In this document: piece by piece, positions 39,805-48,018 of the stretch
Layout of the letters: each line of letters begins with the position of its first letter
Position numbering within the stretch: position 1 is the first letter of the stretch
Origin: Sulfuricurvum sp.
GTDB taxonomy: Bacteria; Campylobacterota; Campylobacteria; Campylobacterales; Sulfurimonadaceae
NCBI RefSeq assembly: GCF_030691015.1
Contig: NZ_JAUYFF010000013.1
Location: 4,638 to 68,637 of the forward strand
Length of the DNA stretch: 64,000 bases
Reading direction: 5' to 3'
Position numbers and translations under genes: made by a program
Notes under the pieces: generated by a model
Told to the model about the DNA's origin: nothing
What the model saw: the letters and a program-made list of their open reading frames with translations, nothing else
Database searches by the model: none

Positions 39805-41139
39805 GTGATAGAGCTTGTTGCAATCCCCTCTCTCGTACTCGTTTTAGCTCTTTGGGTCGTTCATTCCATCTTTTTAAATCGTCGTCTTATCGAAAGTCAG
39901 AAACGGTATCTGCAATTTTTCAGTGATTCCCCTGTTGCTCTGATTGTAATTGATCGTGACTATCGTATCATTGAGTGGAACCAGAGCGCCGAAGCGATTT
40001 TTGGATGGAACTACACTGAAGCGGTGGGTGAGAATATCATCGATTTTATCGTTCCCAATTTTGACAAAGACCATGTTGTTTCCGTACTCCAAAAAACCTC
40101 TCTTGAGGGGGTAAGCTACTCCAAAAATTACAATACCACCCAGCAACATAATGAAATTTTTTGCGAATGGCGTAATCGTCTTCTGGAGGGGGGAAAAGGG
40201 GAAATACTTTGCATGGCGCAAGATATCACCCTCTCAAAAAAAACACTTGATGAACTTAATAAACGTTCTGCCGCCTTGGAAAGTGCCGGCGATGCCATTT
40301 TTTATACTGACCATAAAGGGATCATTGAGTTTGCCAATCCCAGTTTTTTCGCCCTTTCACTTAACGATCAACATACCCTCTACGGCACCCATATCGGTAA
40401 ATATCTTTTTAAAGAACGACTCACATTTAATACAATCTTCTCCCAATTCAGTACAAATCACACATGGAGAGGAACTCTCACTAAAAACTCAGCGTCAGGG
40501 GAAAAAGTTTTCAGTACCACCATCACGGCGATCTATCATCACAACCGCCTTGTCAGTTATGTGGCTAATCTCCATGATATCACCCATATCACTTCCCATG
40601 TCGATGCCCTGACCTATCGTGTCCAGCATGACCCTCTCACCGGAGCCACAAACCGCACGACATTAAACGATCGACTCGAACATGCTATCACTCGTTCAAA
40701 ACGGCGTAAAGATAAAATAGCCCTCTACTTTATTGACTTAAATGATTTCAAACTGGTCAATGACCGTTACGGACATGAAGCAGGAGATCGTCTATTGCAA
40801 GATGTCGCGAAAAACATTCGGGCATGTTTACGTAACAGCGATACGGTTTGCCGCTATGGGGGAGATGAGTTTATCGTAATGATCGAAGAGGTCAAAGGGG
40901 AAGATCATCTGCAAAGCATTCGAGATGCGATAGCGGCTGCCATAAGCGAACCGATCTATCTGGACGAAAAAACCACCCTTTTCGCAAAAGCGAGTATCGG
41001 TTTGGCATGCTATCCCGACGATGCAACCGATACGGATAGCTTGATTAAAGCAGCTGATATGGCAATGTACGCCGTCAAAAAAGAGAAAAATTCTAGCGAA
41101 CGCGCACCAATGCTTTGCGTTGACAGTTACACTCGGTAA
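39805..41139 (+). CDS. TM-PAS-PAS-GGDEF diguanylate cyclase
   Basis: GTG start and one N-terminal TM. Two PAS segments (FSDSPVALIVID; LESAGDAIFYTD). RNSDTVCRYGGDEF. Confidence 0.85.
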   Translation: MIELVAIPSLVLVLALWVVHSIFLNRRLIESQKRYLQFFSDSPVALIVIDRDYRIIEWNQSAEAIFGWNYTEAVGENIIDFIVPNFDKDHVVSVLQKTSLEGVSYSKNYNTTQQHNEIFCEWRNRLLEGGKGEILCMAQDITLSKKTLDELNKRSAALESAGDAIFYTDHKGIIEFANPSFFALSLNDQHTLYGTHIGKYLFKERLTFNTIFSQFSTNHTWRGTLTKNSASGEKVFSTTITAIYHHNRLVSYVANLHDITHITSHVDALTYRVQHDPLTGATNRTTLNDRLEHAITRSKRRKDKIALYFIDLNDFKLVNDRYGHEAGDRLLQDVAKNIRACLRNSDTVCRYGGDEFIVMIEEVKGEDHLQSIRDAIAAAISEPIYLDEKTTLFAKASIGLACYPDDATDTDSLIKAADMAMYAVKKEKNSSERAPMLCVDSYTR

Positions 41140-41166
41140 AATAGCACCCATTATCGGAGGAACATT

Positions 41167-41934
41167 ATGCGTATATTCACTCTTTTTGCCGCTTCGGCAT
41201 TACTCTTTTCACATCTCAGCGGAAATCCCCAATGCTATGTCGAAGGATATAACGACCTCATCGCTTCTGCTGATGAAAACGCTCTCATCCTCAAAGACGG
41301 AACAAAATTCCCCTATCATACCGACAGTTCAAAATCTTCGTGGGAGGATAAAATAAACAATGCCGACCTCGCCACGCAACTCATCCAAAGCTACGATGCA
41401 GGGGGAAGCGAAACACCTCCGCCGTATCTGTTCGATCCGGGACGCTTACGCTATCAGCCCTTTTTTCAATCTCTTTACGGCAAAAACAAAAAAGAGATAG
41501 AGAAAAACCTCGTCACCATTACTTGGCCGACACTGGGAGGCTCGGTTAAACTCCCCGTCAATAAAGTGGGAGGGGTGGATAAAAAACTCTACGCCATCGG
41601 TCAGGAGATTTCCAAACTACCCAAACGTGATCGTATTTGGGCCGAGGGGGCAACCACTTATGCGTATCGGGTAATCAAAGATACCGACCGACTCTCCATG
41701 CACAGTTTCGGAATCGCAATCGATTTGGCACCTGCCAAAACCCAATACTGGAAAGACGAAGCCTCTTCAGAAACGGCTCACATCGGTTACAAAAACACGA
41801 TGCCCCTCTCCATCGTCCGCATTTTCGAAAAACACGGCTTTATCTGGGGAGGACGATGGTATCACTACGACACGATGCACTTTGAGTACAGACCGGAACT
41901 CCTCGCATCTTCGTGTGTAGCAACGGCAAAGTAG
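41167..41934 (+). CDS. Peptidase M15 family (D-Ala-D-Ala carboxypeptidase / VanY-like)
   Basis: Signal peptide. SMHSFGIAIDL and WGGRWYHYDTMHFEY (H-x6-D ... H zinc ligands). Confidence 0.75.
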   Translation: MRIFTLFAASALLFSHLSGNPQCYVEGYNDLIASADENALILKDGTKFPYHTDSSKSSWEDKINNADLATQLIQSYDAGGSETPPPYLFDPGRLRYQPFFQSLYGKNKKEIEKNLVTITWPTLGGSVKLPVNKVGGVDKKLYAIGQEISKLPKRDRIWAEGATTYAYRVIKDTDRLSMHSFGIAIDLAPAKTQYWKDEASSETAHIGYKNTMPLSIVRIFEKHGFIWGGRWYHYDTMHFEYRPELLASSCVATAK

Positions 41935-41937
41935 TCC

Positions 41938-42396
41938 ATGAACAAATGGATGGCTATGGCTTGCGATGAAGCGCTGAGGGGGATGGGAGCAAACGATGGA
42001 GGACCCTTCGGCGCGGCTATCGTCCGTGAGGGTAAACTCATTGCAACGGCACATAATGAAGTACTGGGGACAAATGATCCTACCGCTCATGCCGAAATCA
42101 ATGCCATACGTCGTGCTTCTGCCGCACTCGGAAAATTCGATCTCTCTGACTGCACTCTCTATACAACATGCTACCCATGCCCGATGTGCATGGGGGCTAT
42201 TTTCTGGGCACGAATCCCCACGGTTTATTATGCCTCATCCATGAAAGATGCCGCAGAGGGGGGATTTGACGATGAACATTTTTATACGATGATCCGCAGC
42301 CCCGAAACGGCTATCGATCTACGTCCTTTGGATGCCGAAAAGGGAAAAAAGCTATTCTCCCAATGGAATGCAAAAGAGGATAAAAAACTCTACTAG
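41938..42396 (+). CDS. guaD: Guanine deaminase (CDA-fold nucleoside deaminase, GuaD type)
   Basis: PTAHAEINAIR and CYPCPMCMGAIFWARI, with the tail GGFDDEHFY...KKLY. The whole length closely parallels B. subtilis GuaD as I recall it. Confidence 0.75.
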   Translation: MNKWMAMACDEALRGMGANDGGPFGAAIVREGKLIATAHNEVLGTNDPTAHAEINAIRRASAALGKFDLSDCTLYTTCYPCPMCMGAIFWARIPTVYYASSMKDAAEGGFDDEHFYTMIRSPETAIDLRPLDAEKGKKLFSQWNAKEDKKLY

Positions 42397-42482
42397 CCGA
42401 TAAATTCAACTACTTTTTCTTCCAATAACGTGAGTGCTTCACGCCATTTTGAACATTTGGGGTTATGCCAGATGGTTGTCAT
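42393..42482 (-). pseudogene. Truncated ArsC/YfgD-family (glutaredoxin-type arsenate reductase-like) N-terminal remnant
   Basis: The 29-codon ORF MTTIWHNPKCSKWREALTLLEEKVVEFIG* matches the family N-terminus (IYHNPRCSKSRxxLxLLE), then stops where the guaD stop codon overlaps. Confidence 0.5.
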
Positions 42483-42605
42483 AGGATTTCTCTTTTTCTG
42501 ACATTATAACTTTTCATATAGTATTAATTTATTCTTATTATTTTTACTTAACACAAATGTAACACTAATTCTTCATAATCCCACACTTTATTATTAGGAG
42601 TGGTG

Positions 42606-44795
42606 ATGACAAAAATCCCTCACAGTATTCTTCTCTCTGCCCTGTTGGCTAGCTCTTGTATCGCTGCTGAAAACCTTGGGGTCATCGAAATCGATTCTAC
42701 GACCATCGACGATCGCTTCGCAACCAAACGTACCGAGGTATCGAGCACCTCGACGATCAGCGGCGAGAGTGTTGACAATGCCCATACCGAAAATATCCAG
42801 CAAATTCTTCAAAGTATTCCGGGCATTACAACCGAAGTAAAAACGGGAGACAGTATCAAAATCCATATTCGCGGTATAGAAAACCAAGTCTATATGGGGG
42901 AAAAGCCGGGGGTTGCCGTCGTTGTGGACGGTGTTCCCGTATTTGAGCGGACGGGTTCGGTGAACATCGACCTTGATAATATCGAATCGATCAAAGTGAT
43001 CAAGGGGGGGGCATCGTACCTCTTCGGGGATGATGCCCTAAGCGGTGCGGTCATCATTACCACCAAAAAAGGGGCAAAATACAATCAAAATTTTGCCGCC
43101 ATCGAGCGCGGGAGCTTCGGTTACCAAAAATTATTAGCGAGAACCGGATACGCTAATGATGACTTTAGTTTTCATATCCAAGCGAGCGAACGCAAAGCAG
43201 ACGGCTACCATGAGGATTCCGATTACACCGCCCAATACCTCAACGGCAAACTTCAATACTACATCGACAGTACCAGTGATCTGACATTCGGGCTCGAAGC
43301 ATCAAAGCGAAAAAAAGATTCCCATGGAACCGTAGGGGGTGAAACAGAGGCGCAAACGAATCCTGAAAGTATTTTCACGGGGGATATGGAGAGCAGAGAC
43401 TACACCCGAAAGTTTGATGTTGAACTGTTGAAACTATTCCTCACCTATTCAAAAGATTTTTCCAATAACTCTAATTTACTCATCAACGGATATATGTATA
43501 CCGATGACACCTATTTTTGGTCGAGTCCTCAAACTAAAAACGGGAGCGGTGCGAGCGGAGTCTATACCGATGACGACTATGTCTATGATAACTACTACGA
43601 ACAAATCCAAAAAGGGATCAAAAGCGAATACAGAGCGTCGTTTGACACCTTCGCAACACTCTTGGGACTAGACGTAAGAGACAATAATTATAAAAATAAA
43701 GTCCTCTATCGGGTTGATCAGCGAGTTGGAGCACCGGGGAATTACACCTATTTACTCGCCGGCGATGAAAACAGCAACAACGAGACAGATGAAACAGTGT
43801 ACGCTCTCTACGGTGAGTACAAACAAGGGATCACGGATAAACTCAGCGCTACCTTCAATATTCGGTATGATGATATTAATCTTGACTACACCGATTCCCG
43901 CTCTAACGCTCTTGAGAAATCATTCGATGTTTATTCCTACAGAATCGGGACTAACTATAATTTAGATCCTCAAAATAACCTCTTTTTAAATTATTCGACA
44001 GGGTTCAGAGCGCCGACGATTACACAACTTTTTGCAGGGGATGTGAGCACCTACGGCAGCACGCAGAACAATCCCGAATTAAAACCTGAACACGCCAAAA
44101 ACTATGAAATTGGGTTACGGGGAGCTATCAGTAATATCAATTACGAAGCTTCTGCTTTTAGAATTGACCGAAAAGAGTTCATTATGAAAACTGCCGGGAA
44201 TTACGGAAGTGTAGATAGTACCATCACCGATATGTGGGACAACATAGGGGGGGCGAAACACCAAGGGCTAGAACTTGCAATGAACGCTAAAATCAATGAT
44301 CACTTCTCCTATAACCTAGCCTACACCTATCTCAACGCAAAATACACCAAATACGATAACTTCGGTATCCATTTTGATGCCGATCATGACGGAAGAGTTG
44401 ATGCAGGTGAAGTCGCGTATTACGATGTGACCGGAAATGTCATACCTCGAACCTCCAAACATAACCTCAATTTTATACTCGACTACCAGCATAATTCGAA
44501 TATCAAGTTCTCTACGGAGTACAGCAAAAAATCGGATTATTATGCGGATGATCTAAACAAAATTGAAATTGACGGTCAAGAAGCGGTTAATATCTTGGCC
44601 GAATATAAAGCAAAAATGAACACGGTAACGTATGCATTTTTCGCAAGAATCGACAATCTATTCGACAACCAATACTACAACACAGCACGTGCAAGCAGCG
44701 ATAGAGATACAAACTTACTCTTTAATGCAGAAGACCTCTCCATCACCGTGAATCCGGGACGTGTTTACACTGCCGGTCTTTCAATCAAATTTTAA
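42606..44795 (+). CDS. TonB-dependent outer membrane receptor
   Basis: AGGAG 5 nt before the ATG at 42606. Signal peptide, plug domain (IRGIENQVYMGEKPGVAVVVDGVP), beta-barrel, and terminal aromatic residue (GLSIKF). Confidence 0.9.
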   Translation: MTKIPHSILLSALLASSCIAAENLGVIEIDSTTIDDRFATKRTEVSSTSTISGESVDNAHTENIQQILQSIPGITTEVKTGDSIKIHIRGIENQVYMGEKPGVAVVVDGVPVFERTGSVNIDLDNIESIKVIKGGASYLFGDDALSGAVIITTKKGAKYNQNFAAIERGSFGYQKLLARTGYANDDFSFHIQASERKADGYHEDSDYTAQYLNGKLQYYIDSTSDLTFGLEASKRKKDSHGTVGGETEAQTNPESIFTGDMESRDYTRKFDVELLKLFLTYSKDFSNNSNLLINGYMYTDDTYFWSSPQTKNGSGASGVYTDDDYVYDNYYEQIQKGIKSEYRASFDTFATLLGLDVRDNNYKNKVLYRVDQRVGAPGNYTYLLAGDENSNNETDETVYALYGEYKQGITDKLSATFNIRYDDINLDYTDSRSNALEKSFDVYSYRIGTNYNLDPQNNLFLNYSTGFRAPTITQLFAGDVSTYGSTQNNPELKPEHAKNYEIGLRGAISNINYEASAFRIDRKEFIMKTAGNYGSVDSTITDMWDNIGGAKHQGLELAMNAKINDHFSYNLAYTYLNAKYTKYDNFGIHFDADHDGRVDAGEVAYYDVTGNVIPRTSKHNLNFILDYQHNSNIKFSTEYSKKSDYYADDLNKIEIDGQEAVNILAEYKAKMNTVTYAFFARIDNLFDNQYYNTARASSDRDTNLLFNAEDLSITVNPGRVYTAGLSIKF

Positions 44796-44804
44796 GGAAC
44801 TGAT

Positions 44805-45623
44805 ATGAAAAAAATACTCTTCTCACTCTTACTGGGAGTCTCCCTTTGGGGATATGGCGAGGGAGTTCTTTATTGGACTCCGCACGGATGCGATGAGGGG
44901 AAAACGACCGCATCCAAACACGGCGGACATGGAAAAGGGGAGAGTGCTATGTTCGCTTTAATGAACAGTGACGCGAACGCTTCGGCTCACCTCATCCTCC
45001 CTGATCTCTCGGAAAAAGCGTTGACGTTTACCTTAAATACCATAATGCTACCTAAGCCCTCTATGGGGGGATATTATGCCATGGTAGCCGAAGTTTCTAC
45101 CGCAACCCGGGTTCAAAGCGCCATCCGCTATCTCTCCCTTCAAGGGCGTCCAGCCAAAGTTTCCCCCACTCTACTCATCGCTTTGTCTAAAACAGCATTA
45201 GAGATTGTCCCCGATCCTCTGCACCGTGAGCACGACCGTTATACTGCCTCAAAATCGTACCGATTTATCCTCATGTTTCAAAACAAACCGCTCAAAAATG
45301 CAACCGTTACTTTAGAAACCCACAAGACTCCTATTCAAAACTATATGAGCGATGAAAGAGGGTCATTTACCATTACACTCCCCAATGATTTTACCAATGT
45401 CCGTGTCGGTCGAAGTGAAAACAAACCTTCTGAATTCCTCCTAAGTGTTCATCACAATGATAATTTTACAGCGTATACAAGCACGTTTTCAATGCCCTAC
45501 CATATCAATCCAAACGATTTTTGGCAATCACAGAGCTGGGGAATCGGTGCGATTTTTCTTGGATTTTTAGGTGGGATATTTCTCTATCGCAGACACAAAA
45601 AACAAGGAGTTTCTCGTGGATAA
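44805..45623 (+). CDS. Secreted, C-terminally TM-anchored protein with Ig/carboxypeptidase-regulatory-like domain (DUF4198/CbiK-periplasmic-like?)
   Basis: Signal peptide. FQNKPLKNATVTLETHK...DERGSFTITLP. C-terminal TM WGIGAIFLGFLGGIFLY followed by RRHKK. Confidence 0.45.
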   Translation: MKKILFSLLLGVSLWGYGEGVLYWTPHGCDEGKTTASKHGGHGKGESAMFALMNSDANASAHLILPDLSEKALTFTLNTIMLPKPSMGGYYAMVAEVSTATRVQSAIRYLSLQGRPAKVSPTLLIALSKTALEIVPDPLHREHDRYTASKSYRFILMFQNKPLKNATVTLETHKTPIQNYMSDERGSFTITLPNDFTNVRVGRSENKPSEFLLSVHHNDNFTAYTSTFSMPYHINPNDFWQSQSWGIGAIFLGFLGGIFLYRRHKKQGVSRG

Positions 45624-46617
45624 ATTCTTAACCGTTACGGCTCTTAGACGGGTCGTTCAACTTACCGCCTTTGTCTTTTTTGTGTATGGAGCTATGATTT
45701 TTGCCACTTTTTATACGGATGACAAACTGACCCAAGCCCTTCCGGCTCTCTCATGTGCCTATGATATGAAGGGGGGAGACTACTGCGCCCTAATCCCTCT
45801 TCAACATCAGATGGATCACCGTGTTTCCACCCTCTTTACCCAAAATGCAGGGGCGATGGAAGCATTTATGGGGACACTCATCACTATCGGTACCGTTGCC
45901 CTTTTGATTCTTATCCTCAACAAAGCATTTTGCGGATGGCTCTGTCCTCTCGGATTTTTTCAAGAGACCATCACGATGATCGGCACCAAACTTGGATTCA
46001 CCCAGCTTACGTCACTAAGCCGTGAGACGATCACTAAAATCCGCCCGATCAAATGGTTTATTTTCCTCTTTTTGGTTCTCATTTTACCTCTGCTTACGGG
46101 GATCGGTTTTCTAGGACACGAGTGGGGAAATCCTTATTGTTCCATCTGCCCGAGTCGCATCATGACAACGGCCATGACGGGTGATATGTCTCAAGTTTAT
46201 ATCTCTCAGGCCAACGGAGGCTACTTTGCCCTCTCACTGATCGCCGATTTACTCTTCGGACTGATGATCGCCCTCGCCCTCTTCGTCCGTCAGCCGTTTT
46301 GCCGTATCTGCCCGATTCTCCCGATGCAGACGCTGTTTAAAAAAATCGGTCTTTTACGTCTCGTCAAAAATGGATCCTCCAGCTGTGAATCGTGCGGAAA
46401 CTGTATCAAAGCGTGTCCGATGGATATTTATGAGATTCAAGACCAAGCCGAAAACCGTAACATCACCCACAGCGACTGTACCCTCTGCGGACGATGTGTC
46501 GAGTTTTGTCCTCATGATGGGGTCATGAGCTTCAAATACGGTCCGCTCACCCTCTATAGCTCTTCCAAAGAGAGGTTCAAAAAGCGGACCAAAATCGATA
46601 AATGGTGGAAGGGTTAA
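45616..46617 (+). CDS. Membrane-bound polyferredoxin, NapH/NosH/FtrD-like 4Fe-4S protein
   Basis: AAGGAG 6 nt before the GTG at 45616. TM helices with CGWLCPLG and CSICPSR motifs. C-terminal CESCGNCIKACP and CTLCGRCVEFCP. Confidence 0.75.
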   Translation: MDKFLTVTALRRVVQLTAFVFFVYGAMIFATFYTDDKLTQALPALSCAYDMKGGDYCALIPLQHQMDHRVSTLFTQNAGAMEAFMGTLITIGTVALLILILNKAFCGWLCPLGFFQETITMIGTKLGFTQLTSLSRETITKIRPIKWFIFLFLVLILPLLTGIGFLGHEWGNPYCSICPSRIMTTAMTGDMSQVYISQANGGYFALSLIADLLFGLMIALALFVRQPFCRICPILPMQTLFKKIGLLRLVKNGSSSCESCGNCIKACPMDIYEIQDQAENRNITHSDCTLCGRCVEFCPHDGVMSFKYGPLTLYSSSKERFKKRTKIDKWWKG

Positions 46618-46620
46618 AGA

Positions 46621-47268
46621 GTGGAACCGCTAGCCTTCCTCTCCCTTTTTATCGTTGCCCTCTCCTATGGAGCGACAGCCTGTATGCTCACCTGCATGCC
46701 GCTCCTCTCCCCCATACTTTTGGCCAACAGTGCAACACGCCAACAAAGCCTCCGAGTCCTGCTCCCTATCAGTTTAGGGCGTATCAGCGGCTATATAGCC
46801 CTCTCTGTTGTTGCTTACTATGGTGCAACGATGATTAAATCTCTCATCAGCGATACCATCCTAATGGGGTACCTGCTGGGGAGTGTCACCCTCATTCTCG
46901 CAGGGCGATTATGGTTCTCCCTTAGAACCTCATCCTCCTGCTGTAGCACCACAACTGATACACCCCAAGAGGCAATACCCCTTTTTATGACCGGAGTTTT
47001 CTTATCGATGTCACTCTGTGCCCCCGTTATCACGATGATGACCCTCAGCGCAACCACCCCCTCTTTAATCTGGGCAATTGCCTATGGCTTTACCTTCGGA
47101 TTAGGGGCAACACTCCTATGGTTCCTCTTTTTTTCCGTGGTTCTCACCGCCATACTCAAAGAGAGTCTACTTCACCTCTCTCGCTACCGAGTAGTGCTCC
47201 AACACACCGCACCGATCCTCCTTGCGGGGGTAGCGATTGCAATCTTTAACGGATGGATACACCTATGA
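46621..47268 (+). CDS. DsbD/CcdA-like (DsbD_2 family) membrane protein
   Basis: 6 TM. Cys pair in the first helix, GATACMLTCMPLLSP. GTG start. Confidence 0.55.
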   Translation: MEPLAFLSLFIVALSYGATACMLTCMPLLSPILLANSATRQQSLRVLLPISLGRISGYIALSVVAYYGATMIKSLISDTILMGYLLGSVTLILAGRLWFSLRTSSSCCSTTTDTPQEAIPLFMTGVFLSMSLCAPVITMMTLSATTPSLIWAIAYGFTFGLGATLLWFLFFSVVLTAILKESLLHLSRYRVVLQHTAPILLAGVAIAIFNGWIHL

Positions 47269-47951
47269 TGACAACCGCACGTAAATCGTTTTTCCTCTCC
47301 CTTACCTTTCATGCCCTCATGGGTTCTTTGGCTTTTGGGGTACTAACCCAGCTCACTACCCCCCCCAAACTTGTGAAAATCCCTATGCATCACGTGAGCC
47401 TGATCTCTCTCTCAAAACCCTCCCCATCTCCAAAACTCCAACCTCGTCAACCTCTTCAACCGCCTCTTGCGGAGACAATAAAACCTCTTGTGAAAGAGCC
47501 GCAAAAGCCGTTATTACAAAAACAGAGTGTCGCAAAAGAACCAATCGCAGCACCGATTCAATCGTCTGTACTATCGCAAGTAACACCGACTGCACCTCTT
47601 GCACAAGCGATTATTGCACCCGCACCGCCACCGGTAAAAGTGTCGCCTAAACCCGATCTAACGGCTGCAAAAAGATCATTTTTTGCCTCTTTGCGCACCA
47701 CGATACAGAACCATTTACGCTATCCGAGCGCGGCACGACGCAGAGGGATGGAAGGGGAAATCGATGTCCGATTCACATTGGCTAATGATGGAACGATTAA
47801 TACCATTTCGGTTCAGCGGGGAGAGGCTATTTTCCATAATGCGGTCAAAACCGCCGTTTCCTCAGCTTCAGGTATCGATGTTCCGAAAAATCTTGTAGAC
47901 TCTTTACCGATGGAGATTGAACTGACGTTAGAGTTTAAGCTGAACAGCTAA
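47265..47951 (+). CDS. tonB: TonB-family energy transducer
   Basis: N-terminal TM, Pro-rich spacer (PSPSPKLQPRQPLQPP...), C-terminal YPSAARRRGMEGEIDVRFTLANDGTI. The ATG at 47265 forms an ATGA overlap (47253 is an alternative). Confidence 0.85.
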   Translation: MMTTARKSFFLSLTFHALMGSLAFGVLTQLTTPPKLVKIPMHHVSLISLSKPSPSPKLQPRQPLQPPLAETIKPLVKEPQKPLLQKQSVAKEPIAAPIQSSVLSQVTPTAPLAQAIIAPAPPPVKVSPKPDLTAAKRSFFASLRTTIQNHLRYPSAARRRGMEGEIDVRFTLANDGTINTISVQRGEAIFHNAVKTAVSSASGIDVPKNLVDSLPMEIELTLEFKLNS

Positions 47952-48018
47952 GGAATAAGCTCAGCTTAGCCCTATTTGTGGTAGGATTAAACTTATTGAA
48001 TTCGTCGCGCTATGAGGA

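Noticed and set aside
42397-42605. A possible Fur box or cobalamin riboswitch upstream of the TonB-dependent receptor.
   Set aside because: The region is simply AT-rich (for example TATTAATTTATTCTTATTATTT). There is no convincing 19-bp Fur dyad and no GC-rich B12-box core, so I cannot support either from sequence alone.
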